UHGV virus genome: UHGV-0353264
Length of the DNA: 43,216 nucleotides
Reading direction: 5' to 3' (one strand)
Origin: a virus
A program made the translations under genes and the position numbers. Below, piece after piece: positions 1 to 9,930 of the stretch. Below the pieces are notes generated by a model. That model worked only from the letters and a program-made list of their open reading frames with translations. It was not told the origin of the DNA and made no database searches. Position 1 is the first letter of the stretch. Each line of letters starts with the position of its first letter.

Positions 1-25
1 AATAATACCGTTCTCTTTATAAAGT

Positions 26-66
26 AAAACCCCCGAACTGGTAAGGAACGGGGGTTTTACTTTTTA
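26..66. terminator. Rho-independent terminator hairpin (bidirectional candidate)
   Basis: 10-bp stem aaaacccccg (26-35) pairs with cgggggtttt (49-58), followed by a T-run (59-66). Both strands give a U-rich tail. Confidence 0.6.
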
Positions 67-420
67 ACTTTAATTTTGTGCAGCACACGATTCCAACGAA
101 AATGATTATGGATCAATTTCGTTGACCTGTACAAGCAACTTGCAATCTCTGACATAAAAAACGCGAGCCTTTACGAAGAAATCGACATTGATGAAAAGAT
201 TAACGTGACCGCTTTTTGATAAGTACATTAAAATCGGTTTCGTTATTGGCAATTTTGCTGTGCTTTACACCATGCCACTGAATTCCCCCATTGAAACGAG
301 TGGTGTCGTCAAAGCTCTGGTGTGGAGTGCAGCACTCGATTCCAATAACTCGCACGTTCAGTTTTGGGGAGATGTAAGGGCTAATCTGAACGGCTGCATT
401 CCTTGTTTAAGGAAAAACGA

Positions 421-501
421 ATGACTGATTGCCGATACCTGATTAAACGGGTCATCAAAATCATCATTGCTGTTTTACAGCTGCTCCTTTTGTTCTTATA
501 A
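421..501 (+). CDS. shoB: ShoB-like type I toxin, small hydrophobic peptide (26 aa)
   Basis: ATG at 421, translation MTDCRYLIKRVIKIIIAVLQLLLLFL, stop TAA 499-501; matches the E. coli ShoB peptide as recalled from memory. Position next to yfhL fits the K-12 shoB-ohsC locus. Hairpin gcgtccg/cggacgc at 526-549 downstream. Confidence 0.55.
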   Translation: MTDCRYLIKRVIKIIIAVLQLLLLFL

Positions 502-694
502 CACAAGGAAACGTACTTAAGGTGCGTCCGGTGAACCAATCGGACGCGCCTTTAATAACTATAAATAAGTGTCTGGGCAGATACTATATAAATTAACTTA
601 GTGAATGATTATGCTAATGTCATCATTTAAATAAATATAATAGCGTTAAGATTTTTCTATAAAATAATTAACACTCTACTTCCAGAGCAGAATA

Positions 695-964
<270 letters not shown>

Positions 965-1163
965 TTACCGTTAAATCATTTTAAAATCAGTAAGTTGTAT
1001 CGAGTTTGTATGCTTTACTGTCATTAACTTACTGTATGTTGATCCAGTGTATTTAACCTTGATAAACTCAGTCCAGCAACACAAAACCGCAACACATTGC
1101 ATTTTGTCCCGTAGAAAAGACTTGTATGTGTGAGCTTGTTTTCTGCGCCTACGCAGATAAGGA

Positions 1164-2567
1164 TTGAGAATGCCGCGCACTGTAACACATAATCCGGATA
1201 GCCCCAATAATGACGATGTTTTAGCCGCATCTGAAAAATGGGACGCCTGTAAACCCCCCTATACCAGCGCACACATGAAAATCTGTGTTGCTGCCGCCAA
1301 AATCATCCTCGCTGCTTCCGGCGTGGCTCGCCGTTCCAAATACGAAAAAGAGAACTATCTCCGTATCGATTTCAGCAAAGCCGGTAAGGTTACATTTTAC
1401 GCCGAGTTTCCAAAAAAGATGGGCCTCAAGGGTAAAAAGCTCGGCGAGTGGCCGGAGCTCGCTATCCAGCTGGCGCGCGAAAAAGCGCTAGGTATGGCTG
1501 ACTGTGGCCTGCGGGCAGAGTCCGTACATGCAGCGCTGGAAATGTACCGGGATGACCTCAAAGCCAAAGTCGCCCGGCAGAAGCTGAGCCCGGACAGTTT
1601 CACAACCTACGGGGTGCGTATCGACCGGATTAAAGCAACGTTCGGCGAGCGCGAGGTGTTCAGCGACGTAACATACAATCGGCTGGTGGAAGTGCTGGAC
1701 GAGTGGATCGCTACTCGCTCGAACAATAACGCCCTGGAGTTGTTTGCCGAGCTCCGTCGGTTCTGGAAGTTCTGCGCACCTACTCTTTGCAACGGCCGCA
1801 ATGTTGCCGCCAGTCTGCCAGATGATTATGTTTCCTCCCGCGTACAGAAACCTACCCCCACACGGCTTTTTACCGATATTGAATCAATCGCCCGACTCTG
1901 GCTCAATGTTGCTGCCTGCACCTCTGTACACCAGAAGAATGCTGTTCGCTTCATGATCATCACTGGCGTTCGTCCGATTAATGTCCATAACCTGCGCTGG
2001 GACTACGTTCACGAGGAGGCTGGTGAAATTGTTTATCCGGAAGGGGTTATCGGCATGCGAGGGGCTATGAAAACACAAAAGGCTTTCCGCCTGCCGATAA
2101 CGCCTGAGATCCGGCGGATTATCGACGAGCAGAAAGCCTGGCGTGATTCAGTTCCTGAGTGCAACAGGGATTATGTATTTTTGCAGCCACGTGATCCAAT
2201 GCAGCCATTTTCAAAACGATCACTGGATAAGCTGGTGAAAACATACAGCCCGGACGGGGCTGTAAAAGGAATAAAACATGATGGGACTGTTAAAGGGAAA
2301 GACGGTGCATTTAATACGATGTGCCGTAAATTCCTTAAGAGCAATGTTATTGCCTTGATGAAGGAAAGAGGCTATTCCCGATCAGACCGAAGGGAAATCA
2401 GCCTCCTTTGCCTTCACCACTCCAGTAAGTCAGATGACCCGATGGCAGAACATTACGACTTTTCTGATGAGATTTTACAGGAAGAGATTGCGTTAAAGCG
2501 CGAAGCTTTCGAGGCTCACGAGCGGAGCATACTTGCGCAGGTGGCATTGCTACGGCGGCGAGGTTAA
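1164..2567 (+). CDS. int: Tyrosine recombinase / phage integrase
   Basis: 467 aa; C-terminal catalytic region with TGVRPINVHNLRWDYV and HHSSKSDDPMAEHYDF (His and Tyr nucleophile context). First gene inside attL. Confidence 0.88.
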   Translation: MRMPRTVTHNPDSPNNDDVLAASEKWDACKPPYTSAHMKICVAAAKIILAASGVARRSKYEKENYLRIDFSKAGKVTFYAEFPKKMGLKGKKLGEWPELAIQLAREKALGMADCGLRAESVHAALEMYRDDLKAKVARQKLSPDSFTTYGVRIDRIKATFGEREVFSDVTYNRLVEVLDEWIATRSNNNALELFAELRRFWKFCAPTLCNGRNVAASLPDDYVSSRVQKPTPTRLFTDIESIARLWLNVAACTSVHQKNAVRFMIITGVRPINVHNLRWDYVHEEAGEIVYPEGVIGMRGAMKTQKAFRLPITPEIRRIIDEQKAWRDSVPECNRDYVFLQPRDPMQPFSKRSLDKLVKTYSPDGAVKGIKHDGTVKGKDGAFNTMCRKFLKSNVIALMKERGYSRSDRREISLLCLHHSSKSDDPMAEHYDFSDEILQEEIALKREAFEAHERSILAQVALLRRRG

Positions 2568-2764
2568 TACCGGCTGCGACACTTTTGAATAAAAGCATCG
2601 ACATTGCGGCGCTCATAACGAACTACTTTTGCACTGAAACGAATTGGTGCCAGGATAGCCCGATGACGATGCTTAATATTCCACTCACATAGCGTTTTCT
2701 GTGTAATACCTAACTTTTGGCATACTTCATCCGGGGTGAGTAAATCGTCGGGTTTCTCGCTCAT
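2564..2764 (-). CDS. AlpA-family HTH regulator / excisionase-like protein
   Basis: 66 aa, LTPDEVCQKLGITQKTLCEW HTH typical of AlpA/Xis-type proteins; overlaps integrase stop and helicase start by 4 nt each. Confidence 0.6.
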   Translation of the reverse strand: MSEKPDDLLTPDEVCQKLGITQKTLCEWNIKHRHRAILAPIRFSAKVVRYERRNVDAFIQKCRSRY

Positions 2765-4155
2765 GCTATACCTCTCTTTTTCATGGCATCGAGCAGGATG
2801 TCCTGCACTGTTCGTTTTGAGTTGCGCCGTTCCATCACCATTTCGTCCATAGTGTCGGCGGCGATAATGTGGTGAATGAACACCGGGCGGTTGTGTCCGG
2901 CCTGTATCTGCCTGGTGGGGCCGATACGTTCAATAATTTGCTGATATTGCTCCAGGTCCCACCAGTGTGAGAAAAATACCAGTATATTTCCGCCGTCCTG
3001 CATGTTCAGACCGTGGCCCGCGCTGGCTGGGTGTGCAAAGAGAACAGGAATCTTTCCGGAATTCCAGTCGCGCAGTGTCTGTGGATCCTGGTCGAGGTGA
3101 CGACCGCGAGGGAATGCTTTAAGCAAGCGTTCAAGATCGTGTTTCCAGTGATAAGCAACCAGCACAGGTGCGCCAGCTGCTTCGGTCAGTATGCTGTCCA
3201 GCGCCTGCAGTTTGGTGTCATGCAGTTCTGACCAACTTCCGGTGTCGTCTGTGTATACTGCGCCACTGGCGATTTGCAGACACTTCAGTGTCTTTGCCGC
3301 GGCGTTCGGTGCTTCGATGCCTTCGCCATTCAGCTCGAGGAACATTTCCTTTTCCATTTCACGATACTGCTGACGGGCCTTCGGCGGCATATCCACGCGG
3401 ATTACGTTATGGATGGGATCTTTGATATCGAACCAGTCGGCCGCATCCAGCGATAGGGTCACATCGGCTAACGCTCGCTGTATTTCACCCTGTGAGTGAG
3501 CAAACGGCTCCAGTTTGGTCCAGCTCTGCCCCGGAAACTGTATCGAGTTGAACCAGCGTGAGGTAAACGCGCCGTAAGTGCGTCCGAGACGTTGCCCCTG
3601 GTCCACAAACCACGCTTGTCCCCACAAATCTACCAGGCCGTTCGGTGCTGGCGTACCAGTGAGATTTATCCAGCGCCGGACATACTTATGCGCCACTTTG
3701 CCCAGCGCCGCCGCGCGCTTACCACCACCTCGCAGCCGGAAGGATTTTAGTCGGGTGCTTTCATCTGGAATGACAGTACCGAACGGCCATCGTTCTCCCA
3801 ATTCCTCAACCAGCCAGACAAGGTTATCGTAGTTGATGGTGAACACGCTCGCGTTGTTGTTCGCCAACGCTGCAGAGCGCGCTTTGGCATTACCAACAAT
3901 TGGTTGTACCTCGATATTGCGCAAATGCCCCCACTTCAGTGCTTCATCCGGCCATGTGCTGGCAGCCACGCGCAGCGGCGCGAGAACCAGCGCAGGTTGT
4001 GTTTCTGCACCCGCCATGAAGAGGTCTTCCAGCGTAGTGAGTGTCGCTACGGTTTTACCCATTCCCATACCCGCCCAGATGTTGCCGCGCAGAATGTTAG
4101 TTTGGTGATTGATTATGAGGTTTTGATAAATTCTGGGGTGGAATATGCTATTCAT
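2761..4155 (-). CDS. SNF2-family DEAD/DEAH-box helicase
   Basis: 464 aa; Walker A GMGMGKT, DExx-like box VIPDESTRLK, C-terminal helicase domain. Part of the phage replication module. Confidence 0.85.
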   Translation of the reverse strand: MNSIFHPRIYQNLIINHQTNILRGNIWAGMGMGKTVATLTTLEDLFMAGAETQPALVLAPLRVAASTWPDEALKWGHLRNIEVQPIVGNAKARSAALANNNASVFTINYDNLVWLVEELGERWPFGTVIPDESTRLKSFRLRGGGKRAAALGKVAHKYVRRWINLTGTPAPNGLVDLWGQAWFVDQGQRLGRTYGAFTSRWFNSIQFPGQSWTKLEPFAHSQGEIQRALADVTLSLDAADWFDIKDPIHNVIRVDMPPKARQQYREMEKEMFLELNGEGIEAPNAAAKTLKCLQIASGAVYTDDTGSWSELHDTKLQALDSILTEAAGAPVLVAYHWKHDLERLLKAFPRGRHLDQDPQTLRDWNSGKIPVLFAHPASAGHGLNMQDGGNILVFFSHWWDLEQYQQIIERIGPTRQIQAGHNRPVFIHHIIAADTMDEMVMERRNSKRTVQDILLDAMKKRGIA

Positions 4156-4184
4156 TAATACACCTATGGTAGAATATGGTCACT

Positions 4185-4206
4185 TCTCTCTCTCTATATA
4201 TATATA
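4185..4206. repeat. Dinucleotide simple sequence repeat (TC)5(TA)6 in the divergent promoter region
   Basis: tctctctctc tatatatatata read directly, 17 nt upstream of the ATG at 4223 and upstream of the RBS ggagg (4213-4217). Confidence 0.9.
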
Positions 4207-4222
4207 ACTAACGGAGGCGGGT

Positions 4223-5020
4223 ATGCCCCTGGCGAAAATATTTACAAAGCAAGTTTCTTTATTAACTATGTTTTCAGCGTTAGCTTATGCGATGGCATAT
4301 TATTTTCAGAAAGGTGTCGCATCGTATTATGGCTATCCAGACCTTTTTATTAAAATAGACTTAAATACGCTATTGTATTCGGCTGTGTGGCTTTTGTTTT
4401 TTAGTTTTTTATTTCTCGGCGCCTTATATGCGGCGTTGATGTTTGATTTGAAAGGAAAATATTATGTTCCATTTATTGTATTTATAGTTGTTATGCTAAT
4501 GGCTAATATTTGTATAATAGGATTTCATTGGCCTTTTGGTTATTTCTCCGAAACTTCTGTGATGAGTGTTCAGGATATTTTATTATTTGCTATGCTTTTG
4601 TTGAATTATCACAATGTGGTGTCTATGCCAATCCATAGTAAGAGACACGAACATCATATGGAGAGCATTAGAAAATTTGGGAGGCTTGCAGAGTATAAGA
4701 ACGTATTTTATTATATCGATTTAAAAATCCTAAAGTCAGCTTTTCCTTTAGGGGTGATAACGTTGTTGATATTGAGCTATACATTCGGGAAGGTTACTGC
4801 ATTTAAAAATAACGAATATTATATGGTAGATGGTAGTAATACTAAAGTGTTGCTCAATTCATTTGGTAGTGGTTTTGTTGTTGGTGATTGTGAGTCAAAT
4901 AGCGCAAAATTTGAATTTGTTAATGATTTAAAAGGGATGAGATTCACAATCATGTCCTCTAAAAAGGAAATAGCTAAATTAAAAGAGTGTTTCGAAATAC
5001 GTGTTAAAAATACGGATTAA
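4223..5020 (+). CDS. AT-rich multi-pass membrane protein of unknown function (moron)
   Basis: 265 aa, about four hydrophobic segments N-terminally and a soluble C-terminal domain; strongly AT-rich; opposite strand to flanking replication genes; good RBS. Confidence 0.6.
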   Translation: MPLAKIFTKQVSLLTMFSALAYAMAYYFQKGVASYYGYPDLFIKIDLNTLLYSAVWLLFFSFLFLGALYAALMFDLKGKYYVPFIVFIVVMLMANICIIGFHWPFGYFSETSVMSVQDILLFAMLLLNYHNVVSMPIHSKRHEHHMESIRKFGRLAEYKNVFYYIDLKILKSAFPLGVITLLILSYTFGKVTAFKNNEYYMVDGSNTKVLLNSFGSGFVVGDCESNSAKFEFVNDLKGMRFTIMSSKKEIAKLKECFEIRVKNTD

Positions 5021-5032
5021 AGCATAAGTCTT

Positions 5033-5320
5033 TTATCCTTTATTGCGGCTTAAAATAATGGCCTCCAGATTTTTGCTATCCAGCACCACTACGGTAAAGC
5101 CCAGCGCGCGCAACCGTCCGTGTTCGCGCAACTGGTCAGGCCGTGGTGGCTTGCCGGGGGATTTACATTCAACGAAAATGATACGACCGCCGGGTAGCAG
5201 AACAATGCGATCTGGTACCGAGCGGCGACCGGGGGATACGAACTTAAAGGCAACCCCGCCAGCCTTTTTTACTTCAGCGACGAGGTGCTTTTCGATTAGG
5301 TTTTCACGTTCATAGGCCAT
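5033..5320 (-). CDS. VRR-NUC domain nuclease
   Basis: 95 aa; PDRIVLLPGGRIIFVECKSPGKPPRPDQ matches the VRR-NUC D...E.K core. Confidence 0.75.
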   Translation of the reverse strand: MAYERENLIEKHLVAEVKKAGGVAFKFVSPGRRSVPDRIVLLPGGRIIFVECKSPGKPPRPDQLREHGRLRALGFTVVVLDSKNLEAIILSRNKG

Positions 5321-5514
5321 TAGCTTTCGCCTTCCTGCTTTTTGCGTTTCTTCATGCAGATAGCGCAGTTCTCAGGATGGTCATGCCATTCATCAATCCT
5401 GATACCTATGAACATCCATTTTCCGCATAGTGATATGGCTTCCCCCGAATTAAAGAAATGTGCTTTTTTTGACAGAGCGGGGAACCCCCAACCCTTATTA
5501 TCGATATTAGACAT
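5320..5514 (-). CDS. Small Cys/His-containing hypothetical protein
   Basis: 64 aa ORF in operon orientation between the TIR-like gene and VRR-NUC; no recognisable family. Confidence 0.4.
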   Translation of the reverse strand: MSNIDNKGWGFPALSKKAHFFNSGEAISLCGKWMFIGIRIDEWHDHPENCAICMKKRKKQEGES

Positions 5515-5699
5515 CGTCCACCTCCTTACGCTTTTCGCGCATGTTCTGCATCAGACAAAAATCAAACCGACGTTCGCTTTGGCCCAGACCTGCATCGCCC
5601 GGTCGTACCCGCCGGACTGTTCAAGGTGCAAAGCCTCCCGCACAGTCCGGTAATAAAGCGGACTGTCCCGGTATTTAAATGACATAGGGTTTTTATTCC

Positions 5700-5730
5700 C
5701 AAATAAAAAACCCCGCGATGCAGGGTTGTA
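5700..5730 (-). terminator. Weak terminator-like hairpin downstream of the TIR-like gene
   Basis: Minus strand reads accctgcatcgcgggg followed by tttttt; stem is short, so low confidence. Confidence 0.3.
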
Positions 5731-5748
5731 ATCAACAATAAGGGGTAA

Positions 5749-6510
5749 TTACGAGGAAGCGTTAGCTATTTGAGCTTGTGTAAATTCGAAACCAGAATTT
5801 TGTAACCGTTGCACTAGACGAGGAACTGTTTCACGTACATGGTCGTTGAAATTCAGATACAAAATCCCGTTAGCATCAGAAGGCTGTTCTAGATGCTGTT
5901 TCTGAAGGATTGCTACATTGCTGCGCCCTAAGGACGAAAGAAGCATACCCATCTCGAGTACAACGTTCTGTCTTGCGCGGGGTTGGATTTCTGCTTCACC
6001 GGCGCGCTTTGAGTATCCCATATCATCAGGTGTCAAAAGAACAATCCCGAAACGGGTAGCAGTTTGTCCTTGCCCAATTTCACGTTCAAGCTCTTCAATA
6101 ATGGTGAGTCCAGTCCCTCCCGTATTCTGCAAAATGAAATGGTCTGGTAATCCAAGTTTATGAAGGATTAGCTCAAGTTGCTCCTTTGCAGTATGGTCAT
6201 GGCCGTGAACAATGAATATCTTTTTGGGGAGCTCAGATGGCTGTTCTACGGCTAGTGGTGTTGCCGTGGGCGGCGTTCCTAAATGGGTCATTATTGCAGT
6301 TTCAACATTGGGACGTTCTTGAGGGTTACCTTGAAACTGAATGGTCCGGGTGGTGTAAAGGTTAACAATTACGCCATTCGTTAAACGATAGCAGTCACAA
6401 GTCTCACGCTGTTCGTGGGAAAAATTGGTGAACCCACACTCCCTCAAAAAGTCAGGAAAAGATTCTCTCGGGTATGGATAGGTGATCGGCATTTCAGTTA
6501 GTTCCTGCAT
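5749..6510 (-). CDS. TIR-like domain nucleotide-binding protein (PF10137-like C-terminal domain) with unknown N-terminal domain
   Basis: 253 aa; C-terminal KKIFIVHGHD...FGIVLLTPDD...ARQNVVLEMGMLLSSLGRSNVAILQK matches the TIR-like signature as recalled. Lower GC than flanking polymerase; possible own promoter (ttgata in the 64-bp gap after the polymerase gene). Confidence 0.6.
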   Translation of the reverse strand: MQELTEMPITYPYPRESFPDFLRECGFTNFSHEQRETCDCYRLTNGVIVNLYTTRTIQFQGNPQERPNVETAIMTHLGTPPTATPLAVEQPSELPKKIFIVHGHDHTAKEQLELILHKLGLPDHFILQNTGGTGLTIIEELEREIGQGQTATRFGIVLLTPDDMGYSKRAGEAEIQPRARQNVVLEMGMLLSSLGRSNVAILQKQHLEQPSDANGILYLNFNDHVRETVPRLVQRLQNSGFEFTQAQIANASS

Positions 6511-6574
6511 AAGTATTGTTCCTTTAATTTACTCGAATTCAGCATGTCGCCATAGCTCGATAAGGTGAGTTATA

Positions 6575-8638
6575 TCAATCTTTTTTGTAGTGGTACGCCT
6601 CAAAACCGCCAGCGTTCAGTGGGATATCGGGCGCCCATTCGGGGTCAGTGGAGAGAAGCGCGGAAAGCGCTTTATCGTTGAAATCTTCTGTGTCAGGTGC
6701 TTCGGTGATCACCTCGTCGTGTACCGTCAGCACAATGCTGTAACCGGCATCTTCGATAAGCGGCATGTTTCCGGCCAGAATGTCGCGGGCGGCCGCCTGG
6801 GTGATGTTCTCCACCAGCTTTCCGCCGTAGGTTTTGAGTCGTTGCCATTTACGCGAATAAGAGTTAACCCCCATGTAGGTGATATTCCCTTTTTCGATAA
6901 CCGGAGACGGGTAGCATACAGCGCGTCCTGATGGTAGCTGTATGCGCAGCCACGCGCCATCGCGGCGGATTTTAAGATAACCGCAATACAATGTTTTTTG
7001 CGGTGTGGCGATTGCAGTGCGGACGGTGCGCTCCAGTTCGTACCAGAAATCACAGGTCGCGGGATGCGCCCGGCGCCAGAGACGTTTAAGTGAGTCGCAG
7101 GCGATAAATACCCGTTCAGAAAGCCCGTAGGTTGACTTGCGTTTAACCGATTCGTCGTACCAGCTTTTCGCCTCGCGGATAACATCGCGGGGAATGTTTG
7201 GTAGTGCGGCGTTCGCCAGCTCGTCGAGATCGAGACCGTAAACCAGTGCAAAAGTGATGAAGGCCGACACACCACCACCATAACCCAGACCGAGTTCCAT
7301 GACTTTACCGATCTGACGCATGTGTTTATCAACATCATCTGGTGCAATATCGAAAGCTTTTGCATACGCCAGTTTATATAAGTCCGGACCCGTTCCGGCG
7401 TCGTACTCTCTGAATGCATTCAGTTTCCATTCTTCTCCCGCCAGCCATGCCAGCATACGGCCTTCAATGTTCGACAAGTCACTTACCACCAGCTTTTTGC
7501 CTGTTGGCGCGATAATGCAGCCACGTAACGCTGAACTGGTTAGTTCCATGATATTGTCAAACAGCAGGTCTGCACATCCGGCTTTCAGTGCTTCGATGCC
7601 TTCGTCTATTTGTTCCTGTTTTAGTGAAGGGCGGGGAAGGTTCTGGGGCTGGAATAGCCGTCCGGCCCAACGACCGGTACGTGACGCCCCGCAGAACTGT
7701 AGCGTACCGCGTAAGCGCCCGTCGTGGCTTACGCCTTTCATCAGTGCCTTGTATTTACTGGTGCTGGTAGTACTGGCCTGCAGGCGGATAGCCAGCAGTT
7801 CTTTCACGGCAGATGGTAAATCGGGGTCGGCAATACGACGTTCCAGAGTACTGCGTTGCATGTCTGGTAGCTCCACACCGTAGGATTCAACAATGTGCTT
7901 AATCAACGCGTCTCGTTGTGTGGCTGCCTGCACTTCGCCATCAGTCATTTCCTGTGTACGCTTTGCCAGGCGCTTTTGTTCCTGGTCTACCGCGTCGATC
8001 GCAGCGCGTGCGAGTTCCACGTCCATGCAGACGCCCCGGTCATTGATCTGCTGATCACGATGCCAGAGCGCCAGTTCTGTCCCCTGATAATTCCACTTCG
8101 GCAGACGTTTATAGACTTCGCGCATTGCCTCGATATCCAGTCCGGCGTAAGCAACAAAGCGCCGCCATTCTTCCGGGTGGGTTTTGCTGGTGGCTCGGCG
8201 CAGTTTGCTGTTTTTCGGGCGTGGCTTACAGAACAGCTGGATCAGCGCTTTACCTTCTTTGTCCTTCGCTTTGTCTTGCGGGACGCCTAGTACTTCGCAG
8301 AGTTCCCCCAGAGACCCCGGGAGACCGTGCGCCAGCGCCTGCACCATTGTGTCGCGCCAACGTTCGACTGGCGGTGCCAGGCGCGGCATTGCATAACGCA
8401 GAACGGTGCGGTCGAAGTGAGAGTTATGGAAATAAAGCAGGGTTTCAGGGTCTGCGATTGCTTCGTATAAGCCGTGTGGAATACCACCACCGGCAGTGAT
8501 ATCCCACACGTTTACTGGCCCGTCGTTGATAGCCCATGCGAAAAGCATCACTTCAACGCCTTCGGCATACGCATGGGTACCGTTCGTAATAGGGATTTCG
8601 CAATAGGTTTCCAGGTCGCCCCATAGTATATTGGACAT
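6575..8638 (-). CDS. Family A DNA polymerase with N-terminal 3'-5' exonuclease
   Basis: 687 aa; exo motif WGDLET, polymerase motifs [16 protein letters not shown] and [10 protein letters not shown]. Confidence 0.9.
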   Translation of the reverse strand: MSNILWGDLETYCEIPITNGTHAYAEGVEVMLFAWAINDGPVNVWDITAGGGIPHGLYEAIADPETLLYFHNSHFDRTVLRYAMPRLAPPVERWRDTMVQALAHGLPGSLGELCEVLGVPQDKAKDKEGKALIQLFCKPRPKNSKLRRATSKTHPEEWRRFVAYAGLDIEAMREVYKRLPKWNYQGTELALWHRDQQINDRGVCMDVELARAAIDAVDQEQKRLAKRTQEMTDGEVQAATQRDALIKHIVESYGVELPDMQRSTLERRIADPDLPSAVKELLAIRLQASTTSTSKYKALMKGVSHDGRLRGTLQFCGASRTGRWAGRLFQPQNLPRPSLKQEQIDEGIEALKAGCADLLFDNIMELTSSALRGCIIAPTGKKLVVSDLSNIEGRMLAWLAGEEWKLNAFREYDAGTGPDLYKLAYAKAFDIAPDDVDKHMRQIGKVMELGLGYGGGVSAFITFALVYGLDLDELANAALPNIPRDVIREAKSWYDESVKRKSTYGLSERVFIACDSLKRLWRRAHPATCDFWYELERTVRTAIATPQKTLYCGYLKIRRDGAWLRIQLPSGRAVCYPSPVIEKGNITYMGVNSYSRKWQRLKTYGGKLVENITQAAARDILAGNMPLIEDAGYSIVLTVHDEVITEAPDTEDFNDKALSALLSTDPEWAPDIPLNAGGFEAYHYKKD

Positions 8639-8684
8639 GTGTTTACCTTGGTTTTTATTCTATTAACTGATTAAAAGATTAATT

Positions 8685-9314
8685 ATGCATATGATCCAAT
8701 ACTTGATTGACCATACAGAGCATCTGGAGAAAATAGCTGGATATATTTTTTCATGTTTGATTGTTATGGGAGTCTGGATAAGAAAGATCATTTTTAATTA
8801 TAAGTATAAAGAGCCTAAATATGTTAAGAAGTTAATTTTATATTTAGTTAAGTATGAACGTTATCTGGATGAGGAGGATAAGAGTGCCATAGAAAAAAGA
8901 ATAAATGATAAAATTATTCGTGATGCGCTGAAATTGCAATCCTCTTATAACCGAAGAGATGTTATTTACATTTGCAATAGATTAGACAAAAGACAGTATA
9001 TAAATCAGTTGGTTAAGCTTCAGAATTATATAGAGAAAGATAACGGAGTGTTTTTTATTAATGTTGATTTTTCAGGTTTTTTATTTATTATTAGTCGTCT
9101 GTTTTCCTTTCTGTGTTTTGTGCTGTTTACCCTTTTTTCTATTATCTGCATTATTTCCATAGGGCAAAATGAAGGCCTTTTAAATTATCTTGTGTATATG
9201 GTTATGATAATAGTTTTAGAGACTGTTGGTTTTTGGATGTATGATACTTTCCCGTCTAAGAAAAAGATCTGTGAACTAAATAAAGAATTGAGAAAGATTA
9301 AGATTCCTGAGTGA
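8685..9314 (+). CDS. AT-rich membrane protein of unknown function (moron)
   Basis: 209 aa; one N-terminal and two C-terminal hydrophobic segments; Lys/Tyr-rich; very AT-rich; opposite strand to the replication operon. Confidence 0.55.
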   Translation: MHMIQYLIDHTEHLEKIAGYIFSCLIVMGVWIRKIIFNYKYKEPKYVKKLILYLVKYERYLDEEDKSAIEKRINDKIIRDALKLQSSYNRRDVIYICNRLDKRQYINQLVKLQNYIEKDNGVFFINVDFSGFLFIISRLFSFLCFVLFTLFSIICIISIGQNEGLLNYLVYMVMIIVLETVGFWMYDTFPSKKKICELNKELRKIKIPE

Positions 9315-9366
9315 TTATACGCCTAATCAGTAGCCCGGTGTTTAACCGGGCGTCTATGAAGTAGGG

Positions 9367-9915
9367 TTAAATTAGTGCTTCAGCATCAGCACCTTCGCTG
9401 ATATCGTCGAAATCGTCAGCGCTTGCCACTCCGCCGCCAGCGAATGCATCGCCGTCTCGCAGGAACTGGACTCCGCCGAGTGAGGCATTAATGCGTTTAC
9501 CGAAATTATTGTCCTGTGCCCAGATATCGATAACGGCGTTTACATAGCACCCTGCATAGGGACGTCCGTCAGCCTGAATAAGTGGCGAACGATCGCGATC
9601 AAGAACAGCTGGGCGCGCTTTGTTAGCAGCATTCAGGAAGAAATTACCGGGGAAGCCTTCATACTCTGCTTTTTCATCACCATCATGCAGGCACAGATTG
9701 AGTTTTTTCTCCAGCTGGTTATAAATGGGCTCCCACTTCTCTCCCCATTTTTCCTTCGCTACCTGCTTCATAGCTTTACGGATTTCTTCCAGTTGTGGGT
9801 GTTTGGGTGACATTAAAAATACTGCGGAGAAACGTGGATCGCCTTCGCCGTTTACAGTTTTAGCTTCAAACAGAGACGGGAAGGCCAGACGAACATTGTT
9901 CAGCTTCAGTTTCAT
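9367..9915 (-). CDS. Phage single-stranded DNA-binding protein (DUF2815-like)
   Basis: 182 aa; N-terminus MKLKLNNVRLAFPSLFEA and acidic C-terminal tail (DDFDDISEGADAEALI) typical of SSB; sits next to the DUF2800-like nuclease. Confidence 0.6.
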   Translation of the reverse strand: MKLKLNNVRLAFPSLFEAKTVNGEGDPRFSAVFLMSPKHPQLEEIRKAMKQVAKEKWGEKWEPIYNQLEKKLNLCLHDGDEKAEYEGFPGNFFLNAANKARPAVLDRDRSPLIQADGRPYAGCYVNAVIDIWAQDNNFGKRINASLGGVQFLRDGDAFAGGGVASADDFDDISEGADAEALI

Positions 9916-9930
9916 GGGTATTTCCTTAAA

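Noticed and set aside
5550-5685. Possible small minus-strand ORF between the TIR-like gene and the 64-aa ORF
   Set aside because: My manual translation did not give a consistent frame or RBS; it also overlaps a plus-strand 103-aa ORF of equally doubtful status.
6590-8499. Multiple antisense ORFs (60-230 aa) inside the DNA polymerase gene, and similar ones inside the primase, terminase, portal and tail genes
   Set aside because: Fully nested within long well-supported genes on the opposite strand or alternate frames; typical shadow ORFs.
9323-9350. GC-rich hairpin (gcccgg/ccgggc) between the convergent membrane-protein and SSB genes
   Set aside because: No U-tract on either strand, so not confidently a rho-independent terminator; mentioned only as possible structure.
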